NCBI GenBank assembly: GCA_963782055.1
Contig: CAWAIF010000003.1
Span: 5,760,001-5,824,000, forward strand
Length of the DNA: 64,000 nt
Reading direction: 5' to 3'
Source of the DNA: an uncultured delta proteobacterium
GTDB taxonomy: Bacteria > Myxococcota_A > Polyangia > Polyangiales > Polyangiaceae
A model generated the notes under the pieces. The model ran no database searches, had not been told where the DNA came from, and was given only the letters and a program-made list of their open reading frames with translations. Shown here one piece after another: positions 9,122 through 18,923 of this stretch. Each line of letters opens with the position of its first letter. The stretch's first letter is position 1. The translations under genes and the position numbers were made by a program.

Positions 9122-10813
9122 ATGGCGCGGCACGAGGGGGCGGCGCCGGACGAAGCCTACGACGTCGTCGTCGTGGGCGGCGGCGTCAACGGCACGGGCG
9201 TGGCGCGCGACCTCGCCCTGCGCGGCCTGCGGGTCGCCCTCTTCGAGCGCCACGACCTCGCCTTCGGCGCGAGCGGCAACAGCAGCGGCATGATCCACGG
9301 CGGGGCGCGCTACCTGCAGTCCAACCCCAGCGTCACCGAGACCTCTTGCCGGGACTCCGGCTACATCCAGCGCATCGCGCCCTTCCTGCTCTTCCGCATC
9401 CCCTTCATCATGCCCGTCGCCGGAGGGGCGAAGGGCCGGGTGATGCTGGAGCTCATCGACGCGTACTTCCGCGCCTACGACGACTACCAGCCGCTCAAGC
9501 GCGGGGAGCGCCACACTCGCCTCGACACCAGCGACATGACGCGCCTCGAGCCGGGGATCGTCGGCCGGTCGAGCGGCGGCATCACCTTCGACGAGTGGGG
9601 GACCGACGGTGCGCGCCTCTGCGTGCTCAACGCCATCGACGCCGGGGAGCACGGCGCGGTGCTCTACCTGCACACCTCGGTCGAGTCGATCGCGACGACC
9701 GGCGAGCCGCTGCCCGCCGGGAGCGGCTTCGGCGACTACGTCGTCACCGGGCGCGACCGCATCACCCGGGACGTGGTGCGCGTGCGGGCGCGAGTGGTGG
9801 TGAACGCGACAGGCGCGTGGGGACCGATCACCGCGGCGCTGGGCGGCCTGCCGGCGGCGCGCGCGCGCGTGCGTCCGGGCAAGGGCATCCACGTGATCTA
9901 CGACCGGCGCCTCTCCAACTACGCCATCAGCGCGGAGGCGATCGACGGGCGACAGGTCTTCGTCATGCCCTGGCAGAACATGACGGTCGTCGGCACCACC
10001 GACGACGACTACTACGGCGACCTGGACGACGTCGTGTCCACCAGCGAGGAGGTTCGCTACCTGGTGCAGGGCGTCGCGCGCGTCTTCCCCTCCATCCGCA
10101 CGGCGCGCGCCATCGGCACCTACGCCGGCGTCCGGCCCACCCTCTACCAGTTCGGCAAGATGGAAGACTCGCTCTCGCGCGAGCACGCCATCGTCGATCA
10201 CGCGGACGACGGGGCGGCGGGCGTCTACTCCATGATCGGCGGCAAGCTGGCGAGCTTCCGTCTCTTCGCGCAGGAGATGACCGATCACATCGCGCGCGAT
10301 CTGGCGCCGAGCACGCGCTGCACCACGCACGAGCGGTTGCTTCCTGGCGGCGAGCGCGTGCCCGACGCGCTGGCGCTCGCCGACTCGTCGGAGATCACGC
10401 CGGTGGCCGCGCGGCGGCTCGTCTACCGGCACGGCTCGCGCGCGCTGCGCGTGGTGCAGCGCTTCGCGCGCGATCCGCAAGAGCGGGAGGTGGTGTGCCC
10501 CTGCGAGCCGGTGCTGGCGGCGGAGGTGCGTCACTCCGTCGTCGCCGAGCACGCGCGCACGGTGGACGACGTGGCGCGGCGAACCCGCCTTGGCCTCGGG
10601 GCGTGCGGGGGTATGCGCTGCGCGGTGCGCTGCGGGCAGATCGTCGCCGAGGAGCTGGGGTTCTCTCCGCGCACCGGGCTGCGGCAGGCGCGAGCCTTCC
10701 TCGAGCGGCAGGCGAAGATGCGCGTCGCGGCGATGGGGCCTGACCAGGCGCGGCAGGAGGCCTTCGCCCTGGCGCACCTGCGCGCGACGCTCGGCGCCGG
10801 CGAGGAGGACTGA
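9122..10813 (+). CDS. glpA: FAD-dependent glycerol-3-phosphate dehydrogenase with C-terminal BFD-like [2Fe-2S] domain (GlpA type)
   Basis: VVVGGGVNGTGVARDLALRG, GASGNSSGMIHGGARYL, KGIHV, GGKLASFRL, VCPCE...RRTRLGLGACGGMRC. Confidence 0.88.
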   Translation: MARHEGAAPDEAYDVVVVGGGVNGTGVARDLALRGLRVALFERHDLAFGASGNSSGMIHGGARYLQSNPSVTETSCRDSGYIQRIAPFLLFRIPFIMPVAGGAKGRVMLELIDAYFRAYDDYQPLKRGERHTRLDTSDMTRLEPGIVGRSSGGITFDEWGTDGARLCVLNAIDAGEHGAVLYLHTSVESIATTGEPLPAGSGFGDYVVTGRDRITRDVVRVRARVVVNATGAWGPITAALGGLPAARARVRPGKGIHVIYDRRLSNYAISAEAIDGRQVFVMPWQNMTVVGTTDDDYYGDLDDVVSTSEEVRYLVQGVARVFPSIRTARAIGTYAGVRPTLYQFGKMEDSLSREHAIVDHADDGAAGVYSMIGGKLASFRLFAQEMTDHIARDLAPSTRCTTHERLLPGGERVPDALALADSSEITPVAARRLVYRHGSRALRVVQRFARDPQEREVVCPCEPVLAAEVRHSVVAEHARTVDDVARRTRLGLGACGGMRCAVRCGQIVAEELGFSPRTGLRQARAFLERQAKMRVAAMGPDQARQEAFALAHLRATLGAGEED

Positions 10814-12004
10814 GTGACGCCGCGGGTGATCGTCGTGGGCGGCGGGATCGCGGGCGCGGCGGCGGCGATCACTGCGGCGCGGCGCGGCGCGCGCGTCACC
10901 TGCGTGCCCGGGCGGCCCGGCGCGTCGTCGCTGGCGAGCGGCGCGCTGGACGCCGTCCCCTGGGAGGAGGCGGGAGCGGCCGACGCGCTGGCGCCCTCCG
11001 GCGACGCACGCGCGGTGCTGGACGCGCTCGGCGGCTACGCCCTCGGCGCGTGCCGCCTGCTGGCGACGACGGGGATCTCGCGGCCGGCGGCGGGACGCGA
11101 CGCGGCGTTGCTCGATGTCGCAGGGCTGACCGGCGAGGTGCTGGTGCCGCCAGCGGAGCAACACGGCTGGCACGCCGACACCTTCGCGCAGGCCTGGTCG
11201 ACGGACGCGGCGCTGCGGGCGCGGGGTGTGAGCTTCCGCGCCGGCGCGACGAGCATCCTGCGTCACACCGGCGAGCACGCGATGGCCGACGCCGAGCTCG
11301 CGGCGCTGCACGACGACGCCGAGCGGCTGGGGTGGCTCGCCGGGCGGCTGAAGGAGTCCCTCGCCGCCACCTCGTGCGTCGCGGTAGTCCTGCCGCCGTG
11401 GCTGGGCGTGGAGCGCGCCCGCGCGGCGGAGCTCTCCGCGCGCGTGGGCGCCCCGTGCGGCGAGGCGATGGGCGCACCCGGCGGGCCGGCGGGGCTCCGC
11501 TTCGAGCGCGCGCGCGACCGGGCGCTGCGCGAGGCCGGGGTGGAGACCGTCGCGGGATGGGCGCGACAGATCACGACGAGCGACGAGGGGGCGCAGGTCA
11601 TGCTGGACGGCGACGCGGAGCTGGAGGCGGACGCGGTCGTGCTCGCGACGGGCGGGGTGCTCGCCGGCGGGGTCGACTACGCGCCGGCCGAGGCGGTGCT
11701 CGCCAGGGCGATGCCACCCTCGCCGCGACCTCCCTTCCGGCTGGGCCTGGAGGCGCCGGTGCGGCTGGCGGCGGGCGGCGAGCCGGTGGACGTGCCGGGC
11801 TCGCTCTTCGGCGCCCCGCCGGAGTCGCTCGCCTGGCCGTACCGGCGCCGGCCCGCGCTGGAGCAGGTGGGGGTCCGGGTGGACGCGACCGGGCTCGCGA
11901 CGCCGCGCGTCTTCGCGGCAGGCGACGTGATCGCGGACCGTCCGAGGACATGGCTGGAGGCGGTGGAGAGCGGGGCGCAGGCGGGGAGGGCGGCAGCGCC
12001 GTAG
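10814..12004 (+). CDS. glpB: Anaerobic glycerol-3-phosphate dehydrogenase subunit B-like FAD protein
   Basis: Abuts glpA; GGGIAG Rossmann motif, GASSLASGALD, VLATGG, VFAAGD. Confidence 0.65.
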   Translation: MTPRVIVVGGGIAGAAAAITAARRGARVTCVPGRPGASSLASGALDAVPWEEAGAADALAPSGDARAVLDALGGYALGACRLLATTGISRPAAGRDAALLDVAGLTGEVLVPPAEQHGWHADTFAQAWSTDAALRARGVSFRAGATSILRHTGEHAMADAELAALHDDAERLGWLAGRLKESLAATSCVAVVLPPWLGVERARAAELSARVGAPCGEAMGAPGGPAGLRFERARDRALREAGVETVAGWARQITTSDEGAQVMLDGDAELEADAVVLATGGVLAGGVDYAPAEAVLARAMPPSPRPPFRLGLEAPVRLAAGGEPVDVPGSLFGAPPESLAWPYRRRPALEQVGVRVDATGLATPRVFAAGDVIADRPRTWLEAVESGAQAGRAAAP

Positions 12005-12040
12005 CGGTCCACTCGCCGTACCGCATCCAAGCGGCGTTTG

Positions 12041-13084
12041 TCACCCCGCCAGATACCGCCCGACCGCCCCCGCGATCCACCGGTTCGCCTCGCTGGCCGC
12101 GTCCACCGCGCCGCTCATGTTGAAGAACCCGTGGATCAGCGTCCGCTCACACTTGTATTCTACATGCACCCCCGCGGCCTCCAGCTTCGCCGCGTAGGCC
12201 GCCCCCTCGTCGCGCAGGATGTCGAACCCCGCGGTGACGACCACCGCCGGCGCGAGGCCGGAGAAGTCCTCGTAGAAGAGGGGCGAGGCGCGCGGGTCGG
12301 TGCGCTCGTGCGGACCGTTGAGGTAGCGGTCCTCGTACCAGTGGGTGCGCTCCCCCTCCAGGTAGTAGCCCTGACCGAAGGTGCGGTACGAGGCGTGGGA
12401 GCGCGTCCAGTCGGCGGCCGGGTAGATGAGGACCTGCGCGGTGGGCTGCGGCACGCCGCGCTCCCTGGCCAGGTGACAGAGCACCGCCGAGAGGTTGCCG
12501 CCCGCGCTGTCCCCGCCCACCGCCACGCGCTCGGGATCGACGCCCAGCTCCGCGGCGTGCTCGCGCGCCCACGCGTACGCCGCCAGGGTGTCCAGCGGCG
12601 CGGCCGGGAACATGGCCTCCGGGCCGAGGCGGTACTCCACCGAGAGCACCGCGCAGCGCGCCTGGTGCGCGAGCTCGCGCAGCGCGGCGTCGTGCGAGAC
12701 CACGCTCCCGCAGACGAAGCCGCCGCCGTGGAAGAAGACGAGCAGCCCCGGCCTCGCCGGCGCCGTGGTGGGCACGTAGAGGCGCGCGCGCAGATCGCCC
12801 TCCGCGCCGCCCACGCGCAGATCGCGCTCGCGCGCCATGGGCACCGGCGCGGGCGCCACCGCGGCCACGTCGTGATCCATCTTGTGGCGGGAGGTGGCGA
12901 CGTCCTGCGGCTCCACCAGGCCCATCGCGCGCACCGCGGCGAGCATGAGCTGGAGCTGCGCGTCGAGCTCCTGCCCCTCCACGCGGTGCGGACCGCCGGC
13001 CATCCGCTGCAGCACCGCCCGCGGCAGGCGGACGACCCGGCGGAAGAGCGCGTCGCGCGCCCGGACGGAGAGCGGCCGGCTCAC
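12041..13084 (-). CDS. HSL-family alpha/beta hydrolase (esterase/lipase)
   Basis: HGGGF, GDSAGGNL, FDILRDEG, HGF motifs; GTG start overlapping upstream stop. Confidence 0.92.
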   Translation of the reverse strand: MSRPLSVRARDALFRRVVRLPRAVLQRMAGGPHRVEGQELDAQLQLMLAAVRAMGLVEPQDVATSRHKMDHDVAAVAPAPVPMARERDLRVGGAEGDLRARLYVPTTAPARPGLLVFFHGGGFVCGSVVSHDAALRELAHQARCAVLSVEYRLGPEAMFPAAPLDTLAAYAWAREHAAELGVDPERVAVGGDSAGGNLSAVLCHLARERGVPQPTAQVLIYPAADWTRSHASYRTFGQGYYLEGERTHWYEDRYLNGPHERTDPRASPLFYEDFSGLAPAVVVTAGFDILRDEGAAYAAKLEAAGVHVEYKCERTLIHGFFNMSGAVDAASEANRWIAGAVGRYLAG

Positions 13085-13845
13085 GCCACCCTCCCGGCGA
13101 AGGCGCGCGTCACGTACTCGAAGACCACACGCCCGTCCTTCTGGTGCTCGTCGAAGATGCGCGCGAGCGCCGCCATCATCGCCGCGTGCTGCGGGTGGCC
13201 CTCCTTCGGCACGTAGGAGGAGGAGAGGGCGCGGCCGAAGAAGCCCTCGCGGCCGAAGGACTGCGCGTTGGGGAAGGTGGCGGTGGCGAGGTCGGGGTGA
13301 CCGAAGAAGGTCTGGATGCGCTCCACGTCCACGTTGCGGTGGTCCACCCGCGCGTAGTCGATCGCGTGCTCTTGCAGCGCCTGCTCGTAGGCGGCGAGCA
13401 AGGGGCTCGTGACCAGGCGCTCGTTCCACACCAGCAGCGCGTGCCCCTCCGGGCGCAGGATGCGCCGGACCTCGCGCCGTGCCCCCGCCGCGTCGAACCA
13501 GTGGAAGGCCTGCGCGGCGACGACCAGATCCACCGAGGCGTCGGGGAGCGTCGTCTGCTCGGCGGTGCCGGCCGCCGAGTGAAAGCGCGCGTGACCGGAG
13601 AGCGCCTCCTCCGCGGCCGCGCGCATCGCGAGGTTGGGCTCGACGGCGAAGACCTCGTTGCCGTGGCCGAGGAAGAGCCGCGCGGAGATGCCGGTGCCCG
13701 ATCCCACGTCGGCGACGACGTCCTGCGCGGTGAGGCCGACGGCTTCTTCCAGCCACCCGAGGAGCGCCGCCGGGTAGCCCGGGCGGTAGCGCACGTAGTC
13801 GCGCACGCGGTCGGAGAAGCGCTCGGTGGAGTCCTTCGCGCTCAT
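13081..13845 (-). CDS. Class I SAM-dependent methyltransferase
   Basis: YVRYRPGYP, VADVGSGTGI, AAQAFHWFD. Confidence 0.9.
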   Translation of the reverse strand: MSAKDSTERFSDRVRDYVRYRPGYPAALLGWLEEAVGLTAQDVVADVGSGTGISARLFLGHGNEVFAVEPNLAMRAAAEEALSGHARFHSAAGTAEQTTLPDASVDLVVAAQAFHWFDAAGARREVRRILRPEGHALLVWNERLVTSPLLAAYEQALQEHAIDYARVDHRNVDVERIQTFFGHPDLATATFPNAQSFGREGFFGRALSSSYVPKEGHPQHAAMMAALARIFDEHQKDGRVVFEYVTRAFAGRVA

Positions 13846-15191
13846 TTCTTCAGGGCGGCGTGCGCGGTGATCTGGTTGCGGAGCAGCTCGTAGCCGACCT
13901 TGAGCACCGCGTCGGAGCCCTTGGTCGGATCCTGCGCCACCTTGTGGGGCTCCAGGTCGTCGGGTGCGCCGCCGTCGGCGTCGTAGGTGATGACGAGGCC
14001 GGCGTCCGGGGCGCCGCCGGTCGCCTCCGGCGCGAGGGCGCCCTGCAGATCGCTCTCGCGCAGCGGCGGGATGTCGCCGGGGTTCTTGCTGGGCTTGACG
14101 ATGACGTCGGGGTGCACGCCGTCGGCCTGGATGGCGTGGCCGCTGGGCGTGTAATAGCGCGCGGTGGTCAGCCGCAGGCCCGCGCCGCCGGGGAGGTCGA
14201 GGATGGACTGCACGCTCCCCTTGCCGAAGGTGCGCACGCCGACGACCGTCGCCCGGTGCTGATCCTGCAGCGCGCCGGTGACCAGCTCCGCGGCGCTGGC
14301 GCTCCACTGGTTGACGAGCACCACCACCGGCACGTCTGCGAGCGCGCCGCCGCCGTGCGCGCTCGACTGCTCGACGACCTGCCCGCGGTGGCGGAGCGTG
14401 TAGATGGTGCCGCCGGTCAGGAACTCGTCGGCCACCGCGGAGGCCTCGTCCACCAGGCCGCCGGGGTTGTTGCGCATGTCCAGCACCACGCCGGCGATGG
14501 GGCCGCCCGCGCGCAGCTTGGCGATGCCGGCGAGCAGCTCGTCGTGCGTCTTGTCCTGGAACTGCTTGAGGCGGATGTACCCCACGTTCCCGTCCAGCCG
14601 CTGCACGTCGACGCTCCCCACGTGGACGATGGCGCGCACCAGGTCGAAGCTGAGCAGGTCGTCGACGTGATCGCGGCGGATGGAGATCTTGACGTGGGTG
14701 CCCGGCGCGCCGCGCATCGTGCGGACGAGCTTGTCCAGGCCGATGCCCGCGATGGTCTGCCCGTCGACGGCGACGATGCGGTCCCCCGACCGGATGCCCG
14801 CCTTCGCCGCGGGCGATCCCTCGATGGGCGCGATCACCGTGACGGTGTCGTTGCGCGCGTCCACCTCCACGCCGATGCCGCCGAACTCGCCCTCGGTGTC
14901 GCTCTGGAAGACCTGGTAGTCCGCGGGCGGCATGTAGCTGGAGTGGGGGTCGAGGCCGTCGACCATCCCCTTGATGGCGCCGTTGACGAGGCGCGTGCGG
15001 TCGACGGGGTCCACGTAGTCGTTCTCCACCTCCACCAGCACGCGGCCGAGCTGGCCCATGGCCGCGTAGGGGCTCGCTGCCTGCGGGCTCGCCTCCGCGG
15101 GTGTGGAGGAGAGCAGGGCGTGGAAGCCGACCCCGCCGGAGAAGGCCAGGACGAGGGCGAGCGGGGCGCGGATGCTTCGCATTGGATCCAT
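13842..15191 (-). CDS. ctpA: Carboxyl-terminal processing protease (S41A, PDZ)
   Basis: LDPHSSY, GEFGGIG, DMRNNPGG, SASAAE, TFGKGSVQ, TTARYYTPSG. Confidence 0.92.
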   Translation of the reverse strand: MDPMRSIRAPLALVLAFSGGVGFHALLSSTPAEASPQAASPYAAMGQLGRVLVEVENDYVDPVDRTRLVNGAIKGMVDGLDPHSSYMPPADYQVFQSDTEGEFGGIGVEVDARNDTVTVIAPIEGSPAAKAGIRSGDRIVAVDGQTIAGIGLDKLVRTMRGAPGTHVKISIRRDHVDDLLSFDLVRAIVHVGSVDVQRLDGNVGYIRLKQFQDKTHDELLAGIAKLRAGGPIAGVVLDMRNNPGGLVDEASAVADEFLTGGTIYTLRHRGQVVEQSSAHGGGALADVPVVVLVNQWSASAAELVTGALQDQHRATVVGVRTFGKGSVQSILDLPGGAGLRLTTARYYTPSGHAIQADGVHPDVIVKPSKNPGDIPPLRESDLQGALAPEATGGAPDAGLVITYDADGGAPDDLEPHKVAQDPTKGSDAVLKVGYELLRNQITAHAALKK

Positions 15192-15429
15192 CGCTAGCAC
15201 GCCGCCGGACGCGGGGCCGCCCCTTCCGCCGGTAGCCAGCGGTGAGGGCGGGGCCGAAAAGGCGGCGCGCGATGCGCCCTCGTCAAGGGCTTGCGCACCG
15301 GGGCGCCGATTGTCGTAGGCAGCGTGGAAACATCGCTGGTACTCTCCTCATGTAGTCAATGCTCCCGCCCGCGCGCCCCGCGGGCTACAGTGCCCGCAAG
15401 GGTGGGGAGCTCTTCCGGAGGAGGTCACC

Positions 15430-15675
15430 TTGGCCATCGGAGACAAGGACACGACGAACCGCGGCAGCACCCCCGAAGCTTCCAAGACCGACAAGCGGAA
15501 GCAGAGCCTGTACTTCCCGGAGTCCATGCTCCAGGAGATCAAGGAAGAGGCGGCGCGGCTGGATCGGTCGCTGTCCTGGGTCGTGCAGCGTGCGTGGAAG
15601 ATCTCCCGGCTGGAGATCAAGAAGCTGCCGAGCGTGAACGACGTGGAAGGCGGCGAGGAAGACGACACGGAGTGA
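15430..15675 (+). CDS. Small ribbon-helix-helix-like protein (myxobacterial TIGR04563 type)
   Basis: DKRKQSLYFPESMLQEIKEEAARLDRSLSWVVQRAWK; strong GGAGGAGGT RBS before a TTG start. Confidence 0.85.
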   Translation: MAIGDKDTTNRGSTPEASKTDKRKQSLYFPESMLQEIKEEAARLDRSLSWVVQRAWKISRLEIKKLPSVNDVEGGEEDDTE

Positions 15676-16640
15676 GCTCCGAAACCGCTCGCCGCGGGGG
15701 CGACGCCTCCGCTCGCCGAGGGAGCTCCGAGCCGCCGCCTTCGTCGGGCATCCCGCCGGGTGAAGCGCACGCCTTCGCGAAGGCGGAGGACGGCACTCGT
15801 CTCTTCGTGCGCTCCAAGGAGGGGGCGCACCCGGAGGTCGGGGTGCGCGCCTTTCTGTGCGACGGCATCGTCTGCGACGGCTTCATCTGGAAGTACCTCT
15901 GGGACGACATCGCGCAGGTGATGCCGGTGACGCACTGGCACTACCGCGCGCACGGCCGCAGCGCGGCGCCGGTGGACCCAGACCGCATCGACATCGCGGC
16001 GCACGCCGACGATCTGGCCAGCGTGCGCCGCTTCGTGGGGGACCCGCCGTGCGTCATCGTCGGCCACTCGATGGGCTGCCAGGTGGCGCTGGAGGAGATG
16101 CGCCGCCACCGCGAGAAGGTGCGCGGGCTCATCCTGCTGTGCGGGTCCTACGGGCGGGTGACCAAGACGTTCCGCGGCGTGCCCATCCTGGACGTGCTGC
16201 TGCCGAAGGTCGCCTCGGCGGTGAAGAAGAACCCCGCGCTGGTGCGCGCCTTCTGGGAGCGCATCCCCTCCGACATGGCGCTGAAGGTGGCGCTGAAGGC
16301 CGGGGACCTGGACCCGGAGCACTTCAGCATGGACGACATGCGCCCGTACGTGACGCACATGAAGTCGATGGATCTGACCCTCTTCCTGCGCATGCTCGCG
16401 GCCGCGGGCGAGCACAGCGCGGAGGACCTGCTCCCGGGCATCGACGTGCCCACGCTGATCGTCGCCGGGGAGCGCGACACCTTCACCCCGCCGTTCATGG
16501 CGGAGTGGATGGCCAAGCAGATGCCCAACGTCGATCTCTGCGTGCTCAAGGGCGGCAGCCACGTGGTGCCGCTGGAGCAGCACGACCTGGTCGACGGGAA
16601 GATCGAGACGTTCCTCCGTGAGAAGGTGCTCGCTCCCTGA
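15672..16640 (+). CDS. Alpha/beta-fold hydrolase
   Basis: GHSMG nucleophile elbow, GERDTFTP, GSH; GTGA overlap with upstream gene. Confidence 0.88.
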   Translation: MSSETARRGGDASARRGSSEPPPSSGIPPGEAHAFAKAEDGTRLFVRSKEGAHPEVGVRAFLCDGIVCDGFIWKYLWDDIAQVMPVTHWHYRAHGRSAAPVDPDRIDIAAHADDLASVRRFVGDPPCVIVGHSMGCQVALEEMRRHREKVRGLILLCGSYGRVTKTFRGVPILDVLLPKVASAVKKNPALVRAFWERIPSDMALKVALKAGDLDPEHFSMDDMRPYVTHMKSMDLTLFLRMLAAAGEHSAEDLLPGIDVPTLIVAGERDTFTPPFMAEWMAKQMPNVDLCVLKGGSHVVPLEQHDLVDGKIETFLREKVLAP

Positions 16641-17649
16641 GCTCGCGGGCGTCCTGCTACTTGCAGGATGCACGCATTCCGACGCGCCGAAGGAGGCGCC
16701 CGTCGAGGCCGCGGCCTCGGCCCCGCCGCCGTCGGCGTCGAGCGACCTGAGCTTCATCTTCGCCGATGCGAGCCCGCTGGACGACGCGCCGGACGCGGGC
16801 GACGCCGGCGTCTTCGGCGAGGAGGACCTCGACCCGTACGAGCGGGCCGCGCCGGTGTCGGGCAAGAGCATCGGGCACACCTCGGTGGTGTTCCGGCTGG
16901 GCCTCGCGGGCGGGCTGGTCGCGGCGTACAAGCCGGAGTCGAAGCGGGGGCACCTGCGCTACCGCGGGGAGATCGCCGCGTACCGGCTGGCGCGGGCGCT
17001 CGGGCTCCACAACGTGCCTGCCGCGGTGCCTCGCTCCTTCCCGGAGCCGGCGCTGCGCAGGGCGCTCGGCAAGAACGCGCGCGCGCTCTCCCTCTTCCGG
17101 ACGGAGGAGGTGCCGCACGGCGGGGTGGTGCGCGGGGCGCTGATGCCGTGGATCCCGCACCTGGAGTTCTTGCCGGTGGAGAGCCCGTCGTACCGGGCGC
17201 GCTGGAAGAGGTGGCTGTCGAGCGGCGGGAAGGTGGACGGCGCTGACCGCGGGCTGGCGGCGCAGATCTCCACGATGATCGTGTTCGACACCATCACCGG
17301 CAACTGGGACCGGTGGAGCGGGGCGAACGTGGGGATCGACCGGGCGACGGGGACGCTGCTCTACGTGGACAACGACGGGGCGTTCTTCGACCCCGTGCCG
17401 CAGAAGCCGCTCGCCGCGCAGCTCGCGCTGCTCGCCGGGGTGGACCGCTACTCGCGCGCGCTGGTGACGGCGCTGCGCGCGCTGGACGCGGTGCACCTGG
17501 CGGACGCCTTCGGCGACGAGACGCCCGGGACGCCGCTCTTGCCCGCGCGGGTGGTGGCGGGCGCGGACGCGCGGCGGCAGCAGGTGCTGCACCTCATCGA
17601 AGGGAAGGTGAAGGTGCTCGGCGAGAGCGCGGTGCTGTACTTCGAGTGA
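16618..17649 (+). CDS. Lipoprotein with atypical kinase-like domain (Fam20/four-jointed/PI3-4K-like motifs)
   Basis: Lipobox LLAGC; AAYKP, EIAAYRLARALG, FDTITGNWDR, LYVDNDGAF. Confidence 0.6.
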   Translation: MRRCSLPELAGVLLLAGCTHSDAPKEAPVEAAASAPPPSASSDLSFIFADASPLDDAPDAGDAGVFGEEDLDPYERAAPVSGKSIGHTSVVFRLGLAGGLVAAYKPESKRGHLRYRGEIAAYRLARALGLHNVPAAVPRSFPEPALRRALGKNARALSLFRTEEVPHGGVVRGALMPWIPHLEFLPVESPSYRARWKRWLSSGGKVDGADRGLAAQISTMIVFDTITGNWDRWSGANVGIDRATGTLLYVDNDGAFFDPVPQKPLAAQLALLAGVDRYSRALVTALRALDAVHLADAFGDETPGTPLLPARVVAGADARRQQVLHLIEGKVKVLGESAVLYFE

Positions 17650-17653
17650 GCGC

Positions 17654-18421
17654 TCAGGCGGCGCTGGCGTCGCGGCGCAGGCCCATGCGCTCGGCGACGC
17701 CGTCGCGGTAGCGGTGCCACGACCAGAGGGCGCGCTCGCACGTGGACACGACGGCGCGGAAGAGATCGCCCTCGTCCGGCACGTGGTCGAGGACGACGCG
17801 CCACGCGTCGTGACGGTGGCCGCCCTCCACCTGGGCGTGCGCGCGCGTGAGCTGCATCGCCTCCGGCTTGCAGCCGTAGTGGGCGACGAGCGGGTGCTTG
17901 CGGACGGCGTCCTCGCCCTTCGCGCGGACGAAGGTGCCGGCGAGCTCGGCGCGCTCGTTGCGGCTGCCCTCGACGAAGATGGTCGCCAGCGCGGCGGCGG
18001 CCTGCCAGGGCGCGGCGGCGGTCGCCTCGCGGAGCAGATCGCGGTACGCGCGCGCCGCGGGGTGGAGCTCCACGACGCCCTCGGCGAAGTCGGCGCGGGA
18101 GAAGCCCAGGCCCTCCATCATGCGCAGGAAGAGCTCGGGGTGCGGGCCGCTGCGCGACAGGCCGCCGGTCTGCTCCTCGTAGATGTTCTCGGCGAGGGCG
18201 GCGCGCACGTCGGGCAGCGGGGGCGTCTGGCCGAGGACGCGGGCGAGCAGCGCGGGGAAGTCGCGGACGTAGACCTGGTACTCGTGCTGGAAGTGGACGA
18301 GGAGCTGCGCGCGCGACAGGCCGGGCCGGGTGAGGGCGGGGTACGCCCAGTGGTCCTTCTGGTCCATGATCGCCAGGAGGCGGTCGGCGAGCAGGCGGTC
18401 GAGGGAGAGCGGCGAGGCCAT
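17654..18421 (-). CDS. Heme-oxygenase-like diiron enzyme (PqqC/CADD/TenA superfamily)
   Basis: ENIYEEQTG...HPELF and HAQVEGGH putative metal-ligand pattern; all-helical. Confidence 0.75.
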   Translation of the reverse strand: MASPLSLDRLLADRLLAIMDQKDHWAYPALTRPGLSRAQLLVHFQHEYQVYVRDFPALLARVLGQTPPLPDVRAALAENIYEEQTGGLSRSGPHPELFLRMMEGLGFSRADFAEGVVELHPAARAYRDLLREATAAAPWQAAAALATIFVEGSRNERAELAGTFVRAKGEDAVRKHPLVAHYGCKPEAMQLTRAHAQVEGGHRHDAWRVVLDHVPDEGDLFRAVVSTCERALWSWHRYRDGVAERMGLRRDASAA

Positions 18422-18545
18422 GCCCCGATCGTGACAGCCGGGGGCGCGGGCGTCACCTTTTCGGCGACCCCCGCAGGGATCAACCCGGCGCGACCGTAGC
18501 GCGAGGCTCCCTCGACTTCTGCACCTCTCGCGATGAGTATACGTC

Positions 18546-18923
18546 ATGGCCCGTGCACGTCAGCGCGCACACCTTTCAGTAGCCATCGCGTCGCTCGCTC
18601 TCGTGGCGGCGGCGGCCGCGAGCTTGGGCTGCGGGAGCGATTGGGGGCCCGCCGACGCAGGCCTGGACGCGACCGAAGAAGCTCTGGCAGACGGAGGCGT
18701 CGAGGTGGCGCCCGACAACGTGAGCGCGTGCGGCTTCGTACCGGACGCCGGCGAGGGCGTTCGGGTGTGGCTCGATTGCTGTGACGGCAGCATCTGTCGC
18801 GGCCAGTGCGGGACCTCCGGGTGCATCTGCCCGGGCGCCTCGCTTGGAGGCTGCGGCCCGGGGTCGGTGTGTTGCTTCGGCAGCGTCTGCAAATCGGAGG
18901 CTGAATGCGCCGCCGGCTACTGA
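18546..18923 (+). CDS. Small Cys-rich lipoprotein
   Basis: Lipobox SLGC; Cys-rich C-terminal half. Confidence 0.6.
   Translation: MARARQRAHLSVAIASLALVAAAAASLGCGSDWGPADAGLDATEEALADGGVEVAPDNVSACGFVPDAGEGVRVWLDCCDGSICRGQCGTSGCICPGASLGGCGPGSVCCFGSVCKSEAECAAGY

Noticed and set aside
6409..11311. Very long alternative ORFs (6409-10743 +, 7637-11311 -)
   Set aside because: Arg/Ala/Gly-rich shadow frames caused by high GC; they overlap genes with clear motifs
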